Of a DNA stretch of 64,000 nt, positions 63,371-64,000 are shown in pieces. Source of the stretch: Rhynchobatus australiae. Lineage: Eukaryota. The stretch lies in NCBI GenBank assembly GCA_034780895.1, contig JAUZTB010000066.1, forward strand, positions 1,024,127-1,088,126, written 5' to 3'. Position 1 is the first letter of the stretch. Every line of letters begins with the position of its first letter. The position numbers and the translations under genes were made by a program. A model generated the notes under the pieces. The model made no database searches and was not told the origin of the DNA. It saw only the letters and a program-made list of their open reading frames with translations.

Positions 63371-63454
63371 TCAGCGGCTTTCTCAGTGAGCCAGTGTGGA
63401 CATGAGGGATGTGGTGGCCAGCACTGCGTGAGTGAGAGAGTCTGAGGAAGCAGT

Positions 63455-64000
63455 AAGTTGGGCAGGCCAATGGCAAACAGAATTTAATCCTAATAAGTGT
63501 GAGGTGATAGAGTTTGGGGAGATGTAATTAAGAGTTGGACAGACACCAAGAATGGTGGGGCCTTAGGGAGTACTGAGGAACAGAGGGACCTTGGTGAACA
63601 AGTCTAAATATACCTACAGGTGGCAGCACAGCTAGAAAGGGTGATGAACCAGGAGATCCGTAACCTGCTGGGGGCTCGATCTGTGGCAGTTAGGGCTGGT
63701 AACACAGTCACATATGAAGTCCACGTACGACCTCCAGAAGTCACCGTGAGCACAAAAAGGCAATTTCGGACTAAACTGGAATCATGGACGCACGGTCGAC
63801 AGCCGTGGCAGGGCTTGCACAATATTAGTTCCTACAATGAGCTCAATGCCCGTTATGCATGCTTTGAGAGGGAGAGCTATGACACACCCACACAAGCTCC
63901 TACATCTCCAGATGACCCTGTAATCTCAGAATGCAGGAATGTAAGAAGCTGCAGAAAGTAGTGGACTCTGCCCAATTCATCACTTCCACACCCCTCCCCA
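63455..64000 (+). mobile_element. CR1 fragment (~63455-63645) fused to a Rex1/Babar-like fragment (~63645-64000)
   Basis: 'WQTEFNPNKCEV..FGR' is followed by 'MNQEIRNLL...KRQFRTKLE...WQGLHNI...NELNARYACFE'. Confidence 0.7.

Overview
Eukaryotic (vertebrate) genomic DNA from a gapped draft assembly, most likely a cartilaginous fish (shark or ray, inferred from the repeat content). The only host gene I can support is SMG6, the NMD endonuclease (EST1A), on the minus strand. Four internal coding exons are present (61809-61633, 57917-57768, 28644-28491, 8162-7951). All have GT/AG boundaries and compatible phases (0-0, 0-0, 0-1, 1-0), and together they encode the acidic linker and the N-terminal part of the PIN domain. 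The 28.5 kb exon, which carries the catalytic 'VPDTN' motif, is missing from the supplied ORF track. The rest is intron filled with decayed retroelements: CR1/L2-like, RTE-like and Rex1/Babar-like LINEs, V-domain and Deu-domain SINEs, Penelope-like elements and minisatellites. The most notable signals are (1) a dispersed Penelope-derived family whose terminal repeat carries a degenerate minimal hammerhead-ribozyme motif, often as inverted pairs and once next to a GIY-YIG relic; (2) head-to-head inverted retroelement pairs; (3) several repeat-free, motif-dense candidate enhancers; and (4) a possible frameshifting alternative acceptor. Repeat boundaries and family names were assigned by eye and are approximate; no database search was run.
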